Source of the DNA: an uncultured archaeon
Lineage (GTDB): Archaea > Thermoplasmatota > Penumbrarchaeia > JASLWR01
Length of the DNA: 64,000 nt
Direction of reading: 5' to 3'
Assembly: GCA_964430885.1 (NCBI GenBank)
Contig: CAYSHM010000006.1
Span: 86,645 to 150,644, forward strand
The notes under the pieces are model-generated. The model saw only the letters and a list, made by a program, of their open reading frames with translations, did not search any database and was not told the origin of the DNA. Shown piece after piece: positions 1 to 8,584 of this stretch. The position numbers and the translations under genes are program-made. Every line of letters begins with the position of its first letter. Position 1 is the stretch's first letter.

Positions 1-2
1 CA

Positions 3-92
3 GCCAGGGTCGGAGAGCTTGTCTCAGTTCACGTTATTCCCAGGCCCCACGAGGAAGTAGAGGATGTTCTGCCTTCCATTGATAGGGATTAA
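3..92 (+). CDS. BMC hexamer shell protein (PduA/EutM/CcmK family, PF00936), 3' fragment; gene starts upstream of the window
   Basis: Not in the ORF track. Frame starting at base 3 reads ARVGELVSVHVIPRPHEEVEDVLPSIDRD then TAA (90-92). GELVSVHVIPRPH is the conserved C-terminal signature of PduA/EutM-type shell proteins. Confidence 0.88.
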   Translation, partial: ARVGELVSVHVIPRPHEEVEDVLPSIDRD

Positions 93-423
93 AGTAATAC
101 TGCATTAAATTGTTATTTGCAGGGATGGGCTGAAATATTCGCCTGCTCCCTTAGAGAACAGGATTTGCATTTGGAGATTTATCCTCAAAATAATAATGAT
201 ATTCTTTTAGGAAGATCATCTGAATGTTTTATCCTGCAATTTACTCAATAGGATTAAATCGAATTGATATCTATGGTGATCATGAAAGCAAAGGCCATAT
301 GTCAATTACTTCCAGATTGAAATGCGGGTAGTATTGTTACCTTTGATATCAAGATCCGGGATATGGAATGTATGGCCTAAACACCACGAAAAAATTCAAG
401 AATAGTGATAATGAAGTGATACA

Positions 424-1863
424 ATGGAAAGGGAGGAAGCGATCAAAAGGATAACCGAAGAGGTTCTTGCAAGAATTAGGGGCGCATCTTCGGGTAATTC
501 TTTGAATACCTCACAGGGATCTGCCGCGGATCAATCCGAAAAGGGACGGAGTGCACCTTATTTAGCCTCTGGGGGAAAATCCATTATTATGATACTCAGC
601 GGAGACCGGACTATTGAGGATCTGAGAGAGGACATCAGTTCCATATGCAGTAGCCAGAAGGTTGAAATGATAGTGGTATCCGATTGGGCTCTTAGGTCCT
701 TCAACATCTTTAAACTCAAGGGTTTAGCTCCTGGGATAAAACTGCTCCAGGAGGGGGACATATTGGGCAGCAAGACAATATCAGACATCTTATCAGACGT
801 TGACTCGGTCTATGTTCTCGACCTGGATATTCCCAGTGCTTCGCGTATTGCAGATTTTGCTCCAGTGCTGCCTGCTGAAAGGGTTATCACAGGGGCAATT
901 ATTTCCGGTAAAAGCGTTATCTGTTCACATGCACTTCTGAGCCCAATGGCAGGGGAGCTAACTCCTCCATGCGCCCGTGAGGCCATTTCCGCAGTTGAGA
1001 AGAAGCTCGTGGCCGTCGGTGTTGCCATGCTTGGTTCGGGGACTTCTTTCAGTGATAATGAAGCAGTGGAACAGGCCCTAGCCCGCTGCCCGGCGGGTGA
1101 AGGAGAATGTATTGGATGCGGATTGTGCGTGAACCTGAACACAGCAGGCGTGGAGAACATCTTTTCAGCCGGAGCCCAGAGGATTAGTACGGCTACCGGA
1201 TTGGATACCCCCAATCCAGATATGGCTCGTATGATAGATCACACGCTGCTGAAACCCGCTGCCACAGAGGATGATATCCGGGAGCTATGTGATGAGGCTA
1301 GAAGATACAATTTCGCTACGGTATGTGTTAATCCATCCCATGTAGCCCTTGCAGCAAGGGAGCTGAGAGGAACGGATGTTGGTATCACCACTGTCATCGG
1401 TTTCCCCCTGGGAGCAACAACCCATACCGCAAAGTCCATTGAGACCCGGGATGCAATAGCCAATGGCGCCAATGAGATAGATATGGTGGTTAACGTTGGC
1501 GCTCTGAAGGCTGGCAACGATGATCTGGTAAAAAGGGATATTGCGTCAGTGGTGAACGCTGCAGGCAATGATGCTATTGTCAAGGTGATTCTTGAGACCT
1601 CTCTGCTGAATGACGAGGAGAAGGTCAGGGGCTGCCTGCTCTCAAAGATGGCCGGGGCGGATTATGTGAAGACATCCACTGGTTTTGGTCCTGGCGGCGC
1701 TACCGTAGAGGATATCCGCTTAATGAGGCAGACTGTGGGCCCAGATATGGGGGTTAAGGCCTCTGGAGGGATCAGAAATACAGACGATGCCAATGCCATG
1801 CTTGAAGCAGGTGCTTCAAGGATAGGTGCTAGTGCTTCAGTTGCCATTGTTAAGGGCGCATGA
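424..1863 (+). CDS. deoC: Deoxyribose-phosphate aldolase with N-terminal encapsulation-peptide-like helix, flavoprotein-like domain and Cys cluster
   Basis: C-terminal ~215 aa carry DERA motifs [34 protein letters not shown] (Schiff-base Lys), KASGGIR and GASRIGAS. The ~265-aa extension begins [20 protein letters not shown] and contains [14 protein letters not shown]. Confidence 0.9.
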   Translation: MEREEAIKRITEEVLARIRGASSGNSLNTSQGSAADQSEKGRSAPYLASGGKSIIMILSGDRTIEDLREDISSICSSQKVEMIVVSDWALRSFNIFKLKGLAPGIKLLQEGDILGSKTISDILSDVDSVYVLDLDIPSASRIADFAPVLPAERVITGAIISGKSVICSHALLSPMAGELTPPCAREAISAVEKKLVAVGVAMLGSGTSFSDNEAVEQALARCPAGEGECIGCGLCVNLNTAGVENIFSAGAQRISTATGLDTPNPDMARMIDHTLLKPAATEDDIRELCDEARRYNFATVCVNPSHVALAARELRGTDVGITTVIGFPLGATTHTAKSIETRDAIANGANEIDMVVNVGALKAGNDDLVKRDIASVVNAAGNDAIVKVILETSLLNDEEKVRGCLLSKMAGADYVKTSTGFGPGGATVEDIRLMRQTVGPDMGVKASGGIRNTDDANAMLEAGASRIGASASVAIVKGA

Positions 1864-1976
1864 GCCAAGGATCTCTTAAATATCCATTCCAGGTATACTA
1901 ACTACCAAATGGAAGTCGCCTAGTTGCATGAAACTAGTGCAAGCTGTAGTAAATAATGCATGAAGGGATTGGATAA

Positions 1977-3836
1977 ATGAATGAAAAAGACCTCCAAAGG
2001 GACGATGGTCCCGCTACAGGGAATACCATGGAAAATGAAGAGGAGTTTTCATACACTTCCGGTGAAATAACCGGCAAATCTCCCATGGAGCAAACTCTGG
2101 ATCAAGGTCTTCAATTTCTCGAATACCTCCAAAAGCGGAAGGAAACATACAGGGCGGTCAAACTATATTTTCATAATGACATGGACGGTTTTGCTTCCTC
2201 ACTTCTTGTGAACCATCTCCTGACAAAGATCGGTTATGAAATTCCTCTGGAGAACATACACCCCTTGGCTCATGTCAACCTGAATAATGTGGCAATAGAT
2301 GAACAGCATCTATTTTTCTTTGTAGATATACGGCCCCCTAGCTCAGCTTTCAAAGAATCAAGTCTGGCGGGAGAGGATAGACCTTTCATGGAAAATGTTT
2401 TCTGTGTGGATCATCACACAACCCTGGATTCACCCCTTTCACCCCATGCGAATTTCTTTCTTTACAACTATGAGATCGATGATATTCTTCCATCCACTGC
2501 CACCTTCCTGATGTATTATCTTGTAATGCTTGAGAAAGGGATCAGGGGAACCTACGGTGCCCTCATGAGGGAATGGATGACGAACCCCCCCATGAACACA
2601 AGATATCTTCTGCTACAGGCCACCATTGCTGATCATCTTCATCTTCTGTCGGAAAAGCTACCCAATAATCCCCTGAGGTATCTATCCAACCTGCTTATTG
2701 AGGATATGGATGCCTATGTGCTCCTATCAATAACCACCTCACTGCTGCTGGGAGGGGACGGCGGACATATGGATATGTTCAGGCAACTATATTCCGAAGC
2801 CCTGGGGAATATCAATCAGGAATTAATGGCCCAGAAATTAGAGAACAATCTTTCTCAGGTACTTTCGCTTTTTGAATTCGTGGATATTCTCATGAAGAAG
2901 CGTAAGGAATTCATCGATGATATGGCCAAGGATATGGATGGGGAGATCCAGAGAACAGAAGCTGGGATCAGCGGAATGACGGATACCCTGAATAACTATA
3001 ACACCGCAGCCGATAAGATCAAGGAGGAACTCTCATTCCAGAATATAGCTATGGGGAAACTGAAGGATCTTCGAAATGATTACATGGGTATCAGGGAGCA
3101 GATGACGCGTTTAGAGAACCAGATAGGTATTGAGTTGGGAAGGCTTGAAAAACAGAAAGTTCTCAGATACCATCTTGTGGCTGAAGGAGACATCAATTTA
3201 TCAGTTTTCCTGCCACCCCAGAACAATGATCAGGTTAGAGGCATACTGTCATCACTTCTATTTTATCACGGTAATAACAACATCATCATAGAGGAGAAGA
3301 CATCCAAGGCCGTGTGGAGTTCAAGGGGTTATGAGGGAAAGGAATTGGAAAGCTTCCTGACAACAGTATCGGTGGACATGGAGAAATTGATGGAACTGAA
3401 GGAACATCAGGAGGCGGTGGAGGAATTTAAGGGAGATCCAACCATAATTGAGAAGCTTGAATTGGATGAGAGGTCCCCTCCTTTGATATCTGTGGAGAAC
3501 CGATATATCGGACAGATGGGTGGCAGGAGTAGGATATTCGGCGGTATCATTACCAGCAATGTCACCCTTGATGCTAGCACTTTGGTTCAAGACAGAGGAG
3601 GTAATGAACTACAGTCCATACTTACGGTTCCTCACCAGCGGTTCTGGATATCAACTATACAAGCAATAAAGGAAAAATTCAAGGAGAGCCAGTGGTTCAC
3701 AGTACAGGTGGAAGGGGGTGCAAGCTTGGGCGAGATACTCTCAGACCAGTGGGAGCTGCTGCTGATGCATTTCATGGGCAATAGGATGTCATACAGGATT
3801 TTTGAACTGAAAAGCAATGGTCAAGATGGCATCTGA
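1977..3836 (+). CDS. DHH-family phosphoesterase-like protein with coiled-coil insertion
   Basis: DHH motifs FHNDMDG, FVD, VDHH and TIAD; heptad-rich central ~90 aa; degenerate DHHA1-like GG..GG (MGGRSRIFGG). Confidence 0.6.
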   Translation: MNEKDLQRDDGPATGNTMENEEEFSYTSGEITGKSPMEQTLDQGLQFLEYLQKRKETYRAVKLYFHNDMDGFASSLLVNHLLTKIGYEIPLENIHPLAHVNLNNVAIDEQHLFFFVDIRPPSSAFKESSLAGEDRPFMENVFCVDHHTTLDSPLSPHANFFLYNYEIDDILPSTATFLMYYLVMLEKGIRGTYGALMREWMTNPPMNTRYLLLQATIADHLHLLSEKLPNNPLRYLSNLLIEDMDAYVLLSITTSLLLGGDGGHMDMFRQLYSEALGNINQELMAQKLENNLSQVLSLFEFVDILMKKRKEFIDDMAKDMDGEIQRTEAGISGMTDTLNNYNTAADKIKEELSFQNIAMGKLKDLRNDYMGIREQMTRLENQIGIELGRLEKQKVLRYHLVAEGDINLSVFLPPQNNDQVRGILSSLLFYHGNNNIIIEEKTSKAVWSSRGYEGKELESFLTTVSVDMEKLMELKEHQEAVEEFKGDPTIIEKLELDERSPPLISVENRYIGQMGGRSRIFGGIITSNVTLDASTLVQDRGGNELQSILTVPHQRFWISTIQAIKEKFKESQWFTVQVEGGASLGEILSDQWELLLMHFMGNRMSYRIFELKSNGQDGI

Positions 3837-4097
3837 TTTTCTGCACCTGAAATATGATCACTTCACTTCGATAGCCTATCATCCAATGATATATTCCAAT
3901 GAAAAATTTTAAAAATGATACACCTTTTCCACTTACAGAACCGAATAGGAGTTTTTTCGGGGATAATATGAACTAAAAAATGTTATACTTGGTGTAACAT
4001 AAACATGGATTCATAGTGTATTGGTTTGATCAATCAAAGTGCTAAGGGGATTGAATTGATCTTGGTGATCTCCCGAGGAGATACAAGAGGTGGATAG

Positions 4098-4985
4098 ATG
4101 AACATTGAGAACAAGTTATGGTTTGGAATCATAGTAGGTGCAGTTGTTTTGCTGATAGTTTCAGTTATTCTTTATGCTACATTCAAAGAGGAAAACGTTG
4201 AGGAAGGAAAGACCTCCATTCCTGTAATTCTAGAGGGTTATGAGATAGAGTACAAATATACGGTCCGAATCGGCGGACCTAACGGACCGGTATATGATTC
4301 CAATATGGACAATATCATAAACTCATCTCTGGTTGAGAAAACGGTTTTCTATAATAACTATGCTCAATGGCCGGAACGTTTCATAGTTGGTGAGCACCCG
4401 GCCGATGCGGAATTACCTTCCTTCAGCGATCATTTCATTGGACATGAGGAAGGGGACCATTTCAATTTCGTTCTTTCGGGGGTGAGCCGTCTAGAATATA
4501 ACGACAGTAAAAGGGTGGAAATACCTGTGAAGGAGAAGATACCTCTCTATGAGACAGTGAACAAAGAGCAGTTCAAATCATCGTTAGGAGCTGTGGATTT
4601 GAAGGTTGGTATGATATATAATCATGGTTTTTGGGGATGGGAAATTGAGATTTTTGAATTTATCGACGAGAATAATATGACAATTTATCACAGACCTGAG
4701 ATAGGTTACGAAATAGATGTTCTTCCCTGGTCTTCCGAAGTGAAGGATGTATCATCTGAAACGGGTTTCATAACTCTGAATCATGATCTGACAGATAAAG
4801 ATCTTCTAAAGGGCCAGTTCTACCCCTTTGAATACACGGATTATTCTGACCATTTTGATAATATGAACAATCCGGGTTACATCCAACAGCTTGGTCCGAA
4901 TTATATAGTGATCGAGTTCAATGATGAACGCGCAGGTGCGGATATTTATTTTGATATAGAGATAGTGAGGATTCTGAATTCCTGA
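4098..4985 (+). CDS. Membrane-anchored FKBP/SlyD-type peptidyl-prolyl isomerase with large insertion
   Basis: N-terminal TM (LWFGIIVGAVVLLIVSVILY); FKBP elements Y...G.VYDSN, IGHEEGD and IEFNDERAGADIYFDIEIVRI (cf. DFNHPLAGKTL.F.V.V); GAGGTGG RBS. Confidence 0.7.
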   Translation: MNIENKLWFGIIVGAVVLLIVSVILYATFKEENVEEGKTSIPVILEGYEIEYKYTVRIGGPNGPVYDSNMDNIINSSLVEKTVFYNNYAQWPERFIVGEHPADAELPSFSDHFIGHEEGDHFNFVLSGVSRLEYNDSKRVEIPVKEKIPLYETVNKEQFKSSLGAVDLKVGMIYNHGFWGWEIEIFEFIDENNMTIYHRPEIGYEIDVLPWSSEVKDVSSETGFITLNHDLTDKDLLKGQFYPFEYTDYSDHFDNMNNPGYIQQLGPNYIVIEFNDERAGADIYFDIEIVRILNS

Positions 4986-4997
4986 TGAGGTGATGTA

Positions 4998-5924
4998 ATG
5001 GCAAGGAAAAGAAGCGTGGACGGATCAAAAAGAGGAAAACACGGCGGAGACGCATCCATGTTCGATGATATCGATGAGTACAGTATAAGGGAAGAGGTGA
5101 GGGGTTCGGTCATGAAGGAGTCATCCCGCAGAAAAGCCTTAATGCCTTATGTGGTTCTGGTACTTGTAATATTAGCAATAATAGGAGGGTATTTTGCCTA
5201 CATGTATCTTATAAAGGAAGACAAGGATACACCTGCTTCTGATTTCAATGAGGATAATTCCTTCATTGCAGATGTGGAGATAAAGGTAGAGACCAAGACC
5301 GATGGTGATGGAAGCCACAGCCCTTTTGATTACAGTATGCACAAGGTTGATCCTTCTAGGGGAACCCAATACCTGCTTTTGATCAAGAACAAGGGTGAAG
5401 AAAAGGATTCTTTCCGATTGACTGCGGACAATCCCAGCGGTTGGTCAGTCACCTTCGAAGGTGGTAATGTCATGACGGACATGTCCCCGGGGTACTGGGA
5501 TTACAAGATAATGACCATAAAGGTGACTGATTCAAGTGATTCCTATAGGGACATAAAGATTACAGCTACTTCATTATCAGACCCGTTAGTAAAGGACAGT
5601 ATTATCACCAAGAACACAGTGGAATCTCTTCCTCCTGGCGAAGCAGATCTGAACAATGATCCGGCTAAGGTAGATTACAATTTGGTATATTACGGCGGAG
5701 GAACTTCCGGGGAGAAGGGCTGGTATCATAATCAGGGTAGCGAGTTCGAGGCCACAAATGTTATTCAGGGGTTCAAGGAGGCCATCAAGGGAATGAGAGT
5801 AGGCCAGACCAAAGTAATAGAGGTTCCACCTGAAAAGGGATATGGTCCGGATGATGAGAAGCATGTTGGCGGCCGTCCCCTGGTCTTCGAGATCACAATG
5901 CTGGATGTCAACACCAATAATTAG
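4998..5924 (+). CDS. Membrane-anchored Ig-like domain plus FKBP-type peptidyl-prolyl isomerase
   Basis: Single TM near aa 50-72; Ig-like segment (IKNKGEEKDSFRLT..PSGWSVTF); C-terminal FKBP VIQGFKEAIKGMRVGQTKVIEVPPEKGYG..GRPLVFEITML; GAGGTGA RBS. Confidence 0.8.
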   Translation: MARKRSVDGSKRGKHGGDASMFDDIDEYSIREEVRGSVMKESSRRKALMPYVVLVLVILAIIGGYFAYMYLIKEDKDTPASDFNEDNSFIADVEIKVETKTDGDGSHSPFDYSMHKVDPSRGTQYLLLIKNKGEEKDSFRLTADNPSGWSVTFEGGNVMTDMSPGYWDYKIMTIKVTDSSDSYRDIKITATSLSDPLVKDSIITKNTVESLPPGEADLNNDPAKVDYNLVYYGGGTSGEKGWYHNQGSEFEATNVIQGFKEAIKGMRVGQTKVIEVPPEKGYGPDDEKHVGGRPLVFEITMLDVNTNN

Positions 5925-6167
5925 AACGATCAAGTTCGACCAGCTAAGTGCCGACCCACAAAGCAAAAACTCAATCATCCCTCGTTTGGAAACAATGGGT
6001 TTGATTTGTAAGTTAATTATTAATAGGAGTTTGAGGAATAAGGGTCGGAAATGGAATCCTTTGGCATTTGGGTATAATAGTGTATATTGAATGACATGGG
6101 AACTCCGATTTAATCAATAACTATAGTTCACACTGATGAATATTAATGGATAAGGAGAGGTGTAAGG

Positions 6168-6446
6168 ATGAAGTTGCCAAGAAGGATAAAAACGTACTGT
6201 CCGTTCTGCAAGGTCCACACGGAGCATAAGGTGGAAAATGTGAAGAAGAAGAAGGCTTCTGAGCTGAAATGGGGACAGAGACGTTTCAGAAAGGTAATGA
6301 GAGGGTACAGGGGATTTCCCAGACCCAAACCCGAAGGCAGGGAAAAACCAACCAAAAGAATATATCTACGAAAAAGGTGCACCCAGTGCAATAAAGCTCA
6401 TCAGAGCAAATGTTTCAGATCAGGGAAATTTGCGTTCAAGGATTGA
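6168..6446 (+). CDS. rpl44e: 50S ribosomal protein L44e
   Basis: [42 protein letters not shown] and RCTQC zinc ribbon; archaeal operon context. Confidence 0.97.
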   Translation: MKLPRRIKTYCPFCKVHTEHKVENVKKKKASELKWGQRRFRKVMRGYRGFPRPKPEGREKPTKRIYLRKRCTQCNKAHQSKCFRSGKFAFKD

Positions 6447-6451
6447 TAATT

Positions 6452-6667
6452 ATGCATATACAAAAACAGACCAAGTATTTGGATACACCTAACAGCAAAT
6501 ACTTAAAGGTGAAATGTCACGACTGCATGAACGAGCAGGTAATATTCAACAAGGCCAGTAATGTTGTGAAATGTTTGGTTTGCGGGGCTACTTTAGCAGA
6601 ACCCACCGGCGGAATGGCCAAGGTAAAGAGTAAGATATTGGCCGTTGTTGACAGAAAGTACAGATGA
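6452..6667 (+). CDS. rps27e: 30S ribosomal protein S27e
   Basis: [20 protein letters not shown]...[19 protein letters not shown] at 6452 is preferred over the track start 6410, which overlaps rpl44e. Confidence 0.96.
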   Translation: MHIQKQTKYLDTPNSKYLKVKCHDCMNEQVIFNKASNVVKCLVCGATLAEPTGGMAKVKSKILAVVDRKYR

Positions 6668-6681
6668 AGGTAGAGATTTAT

Positions 6682-7455
6682 ATGGCAAACCGATTCGAAT
6701 GGCCTTTGGAAGATGAACTGGTTGTATGTACCGTAAAAAGGGTTCTTGATTATGGTGCTTTTGTTACCCTGGATGAATATCAGGATAAAGAAGGCTTCAT
6801 CCATATTGCTGAGATCGCTTCCGGTTGGGTCAAATATATCGGCAACCATATTAGAGAAAAGGCCAAGGTTGTTACCAAGGTCCTTCGTGTGGATCCTCGA
6901 AGGGAGCATATAGATCTCTCCTTGAAGAGGGTCAATGACCACCAGAAGAGGGCAAAGATACAGGAGTGGAGAAGAAATACCAAGATGCTGAAGCTCTTCG
7001 AACTTCTCTCAAAAAGAATAGAGAAAGAGCTGAAATTGTGTTATAGAGAGTTTGGTTTCTCACTGATGGAGAAATACGGCTCCCTTTATAACTCCTTTGA
7101 AGCGGTATCTATCAATAACAATGTCCTTGAAGAGGACGGTTTCCAGGGAGACTGGGTGGAGCATTTTGTTGATATTGCACGGACCAATATAACTCCCCCC
7201 TATGTATCCATTTCAGAGAAAATATACCTATTCTCTCCTGCTCCCAATGGAGTGGAACATGTTAAGGAAGCTATAGGTTCGGTGATCAAAAATTCCGAGG
7301 AAAACGTCAAGATCACCTATGTAGGGGCGCCGGAATACCGGATCTCCGTCATCGCCCGCGATTATAAAAATGCGGAATCAGTAATGGCTAATACTGCAGG
7401 AGATGTTATTGATAAGATAACATCAACGGGCGGTTATGGTTCATTCGATAGATAA
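6682..7455 (+). CDS. eif2a: Translation initiation factor 2 subunit alpha (aIF2alpha)
   Basis: S1 domain WPLEDELVVCTV..YGAFVTLDEY..EGFIHIAEIASGWVKYI, HIDLSLKRV and YVGAPEYRI. Alternative start at 6664. Confidence 0.96.
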   Translation: MANRFEWPLEDELVVCTVKRVLDYGAFVTLDEYQDKEGFIHIAEIASGWVKYIGNHIREKAKVVTKVLRVDPRREHIDLSLKRVNDHQKRAKIQEWRRNTKMLKLFELLSKRIEKELKLCYREFGFSLMEKYGSLYNSFEAVSINNNVLEEDGFQGDWVEHFVDIARTNITPPYVSISEKIYLFSPAPNGVEHVKEAIGSVIKNSEENVKITYVGAPEYRISVIARDYKNAESVMANTAGDVIDKITSTGGYGSFDR

Positions 7456-7481
7456 ATAATTTTTTCAAGAGGGCATGGATC

Positions 7482-7661
7482 ATGAAGCATTTTTTATTCA
7501 AGTGTTCAGAATGTTCAGTCTATACTATGGACCAACAATGCCCAGAATGCGGTAATACAGCTTGGGCTGTGGAACCCCCTCGTTTTTCACCACAGGACCG
7601 TTGGGGGAAATACCGCAGAAAGTTATTACTTAACTTGGAGAATGATGAGAATGATGGATAG
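7482..7661 (+). CDS. nop10: H/ACA RNP protein Nop10
   Basis: 59-aa ORF below the track cut-off: MKHFLFKCSECSVYTMDQQCPECGNTAWAVEPPRFSPQDRWGKYRRKLL. It sits in the canonical position between aIF2alpha and PAC2. Confidence 0.93.
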   Translation: MKHFLFKCSECSVYTMDQQCPECGNTAWAVEPPRFSPQDRWGKYRRKLLLNLENDENDG

Positions 7662-8418
7662 TGTGATCTTCCAAAAGGAAAATGTTCCCGATTGCCAGAA
7701 TGCGGTATTGATAGAGGGATTACCGGGAATAGGACGGGTAGGTCAGATAGCAGCAGATTATTTGGTGGAAAAATTGAATTCGGAAAAATTTATCACAATT
7801 TATTCACCCTTCTTTCCTCCTCAGGTTATGGTTGATGATGAGGGTCTGGTTCATCCCATGATTCAGGAAATGCATCACTGCATCACTAAATCAGGACGTC
7901 ATTTACTGTTCTTAACCGGAGACTATCAGGGTTTGACTGGCGAAGCCCAGTATGCTCTCAGTCATGAAGTATTGAAACTCGCAAGCTCCATGGATGTGAA
8001 AGAGATCATAACTCTAGGTGGTTACGGTGTTAGAAAGATACTTGAAGAACCCAGGGTACTCGGTGCTGCCACTTCAAATGAAATTGTCTCCAAAATGGAG
8101 GAATTTCAGGTTGTGTTCAAAAGCGAACACCCCACGGGCGGTATTGTAGGAGCATCCGGTATATTGCTTGGATTGGCTCCGCTGTTTGATCTTGAAGGGG
8201 TTTGCCTAATGGGTGAGACCCATGGTGCCTATCCAGATCATATTGCTGCAAAGATGATATTGAAGGTGCTGGATGCATATCTGGATCTGGATCTTGTTTA
8301 TGATGATCTGGATGAACCCTCTCCCGCCCTGGAGGCCCTGAAGGCCCAGATAAAGGAAATGGATCAGGAAGCAGAAAAAGGTTACAAGGAAGAACAAGAA
8401 CTGAACTATTTTGTATGA
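7642..8418 (+). CDS. Proteasome assembly chaperone PAC2 family protein
   Basis: LIEGLPGIGRVGQIAADYL, GDYQ, IITLGGY, GGIVGASGILLG, CLMGET and D..AAK; conserved operon position after nop10. The start may be 7651 or 7654. Confidence 0.9.
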   Translation: MMRMMDSVIFQKENVPDCQNAVLIEGLPGIGRVGQIAADYLVEKLNSEKFITIYSPFFPPQVMVDDEGLVHPMIQEMHHCITKSGRHLLFLTGDYQGLTGEAQYALSHEVLKLASSMDVKEIITLGGYGVRKILEEPRVLGAATSNEIVSKMEEFQVVFKSEHPTGGIVGASGILLGLAPLFDLEGVCLMGETHGAYPDHIAAKMILKVLDAYLDLDLVYDDLDEPSPALEALKAQIKEMDQEAEKGYKEEQELNYFV

Positions 8419-8584
8419 TTTACCTTGATCTTTTATGAATTACCGATGATCTCTCACCGGACTCTATTTCTTTCTTTCCAGCAGCTCTCTTTCTGAAAAG
8501 GATTCCAAAAATATTATTAGATGTAAGTTCGATGTAGTGTAGCATAGTAATTTTTTCAAGCTGCATAAGTATGTACATAGGGTT

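Noticed and set aside
93-423. Additional small BMC gene or structured RNA between the shell gene and deoC
   Set aside because: Only very short ORFs and a weak imperfect hairpin near 118-150; not supportable.
1087-1128. Stand-alone ferredoxin
   Set aside because: Only one CxxCxxC, no following CP motif, and it lies in frame within the DeoC ORF.
1920-1937. CTAGTT-N6-AACTAG inverted repeat after deoC
   Set aside because: Six-bp arms with no U-tract; expected by chance.
5842-6167. 82-aa ORF or ncRNA upstream of rpl44e
   Set aside because: The ORF overlaps the FKBP gene and has no recognisable motif; no tRNA-like or other convincing structure seen.
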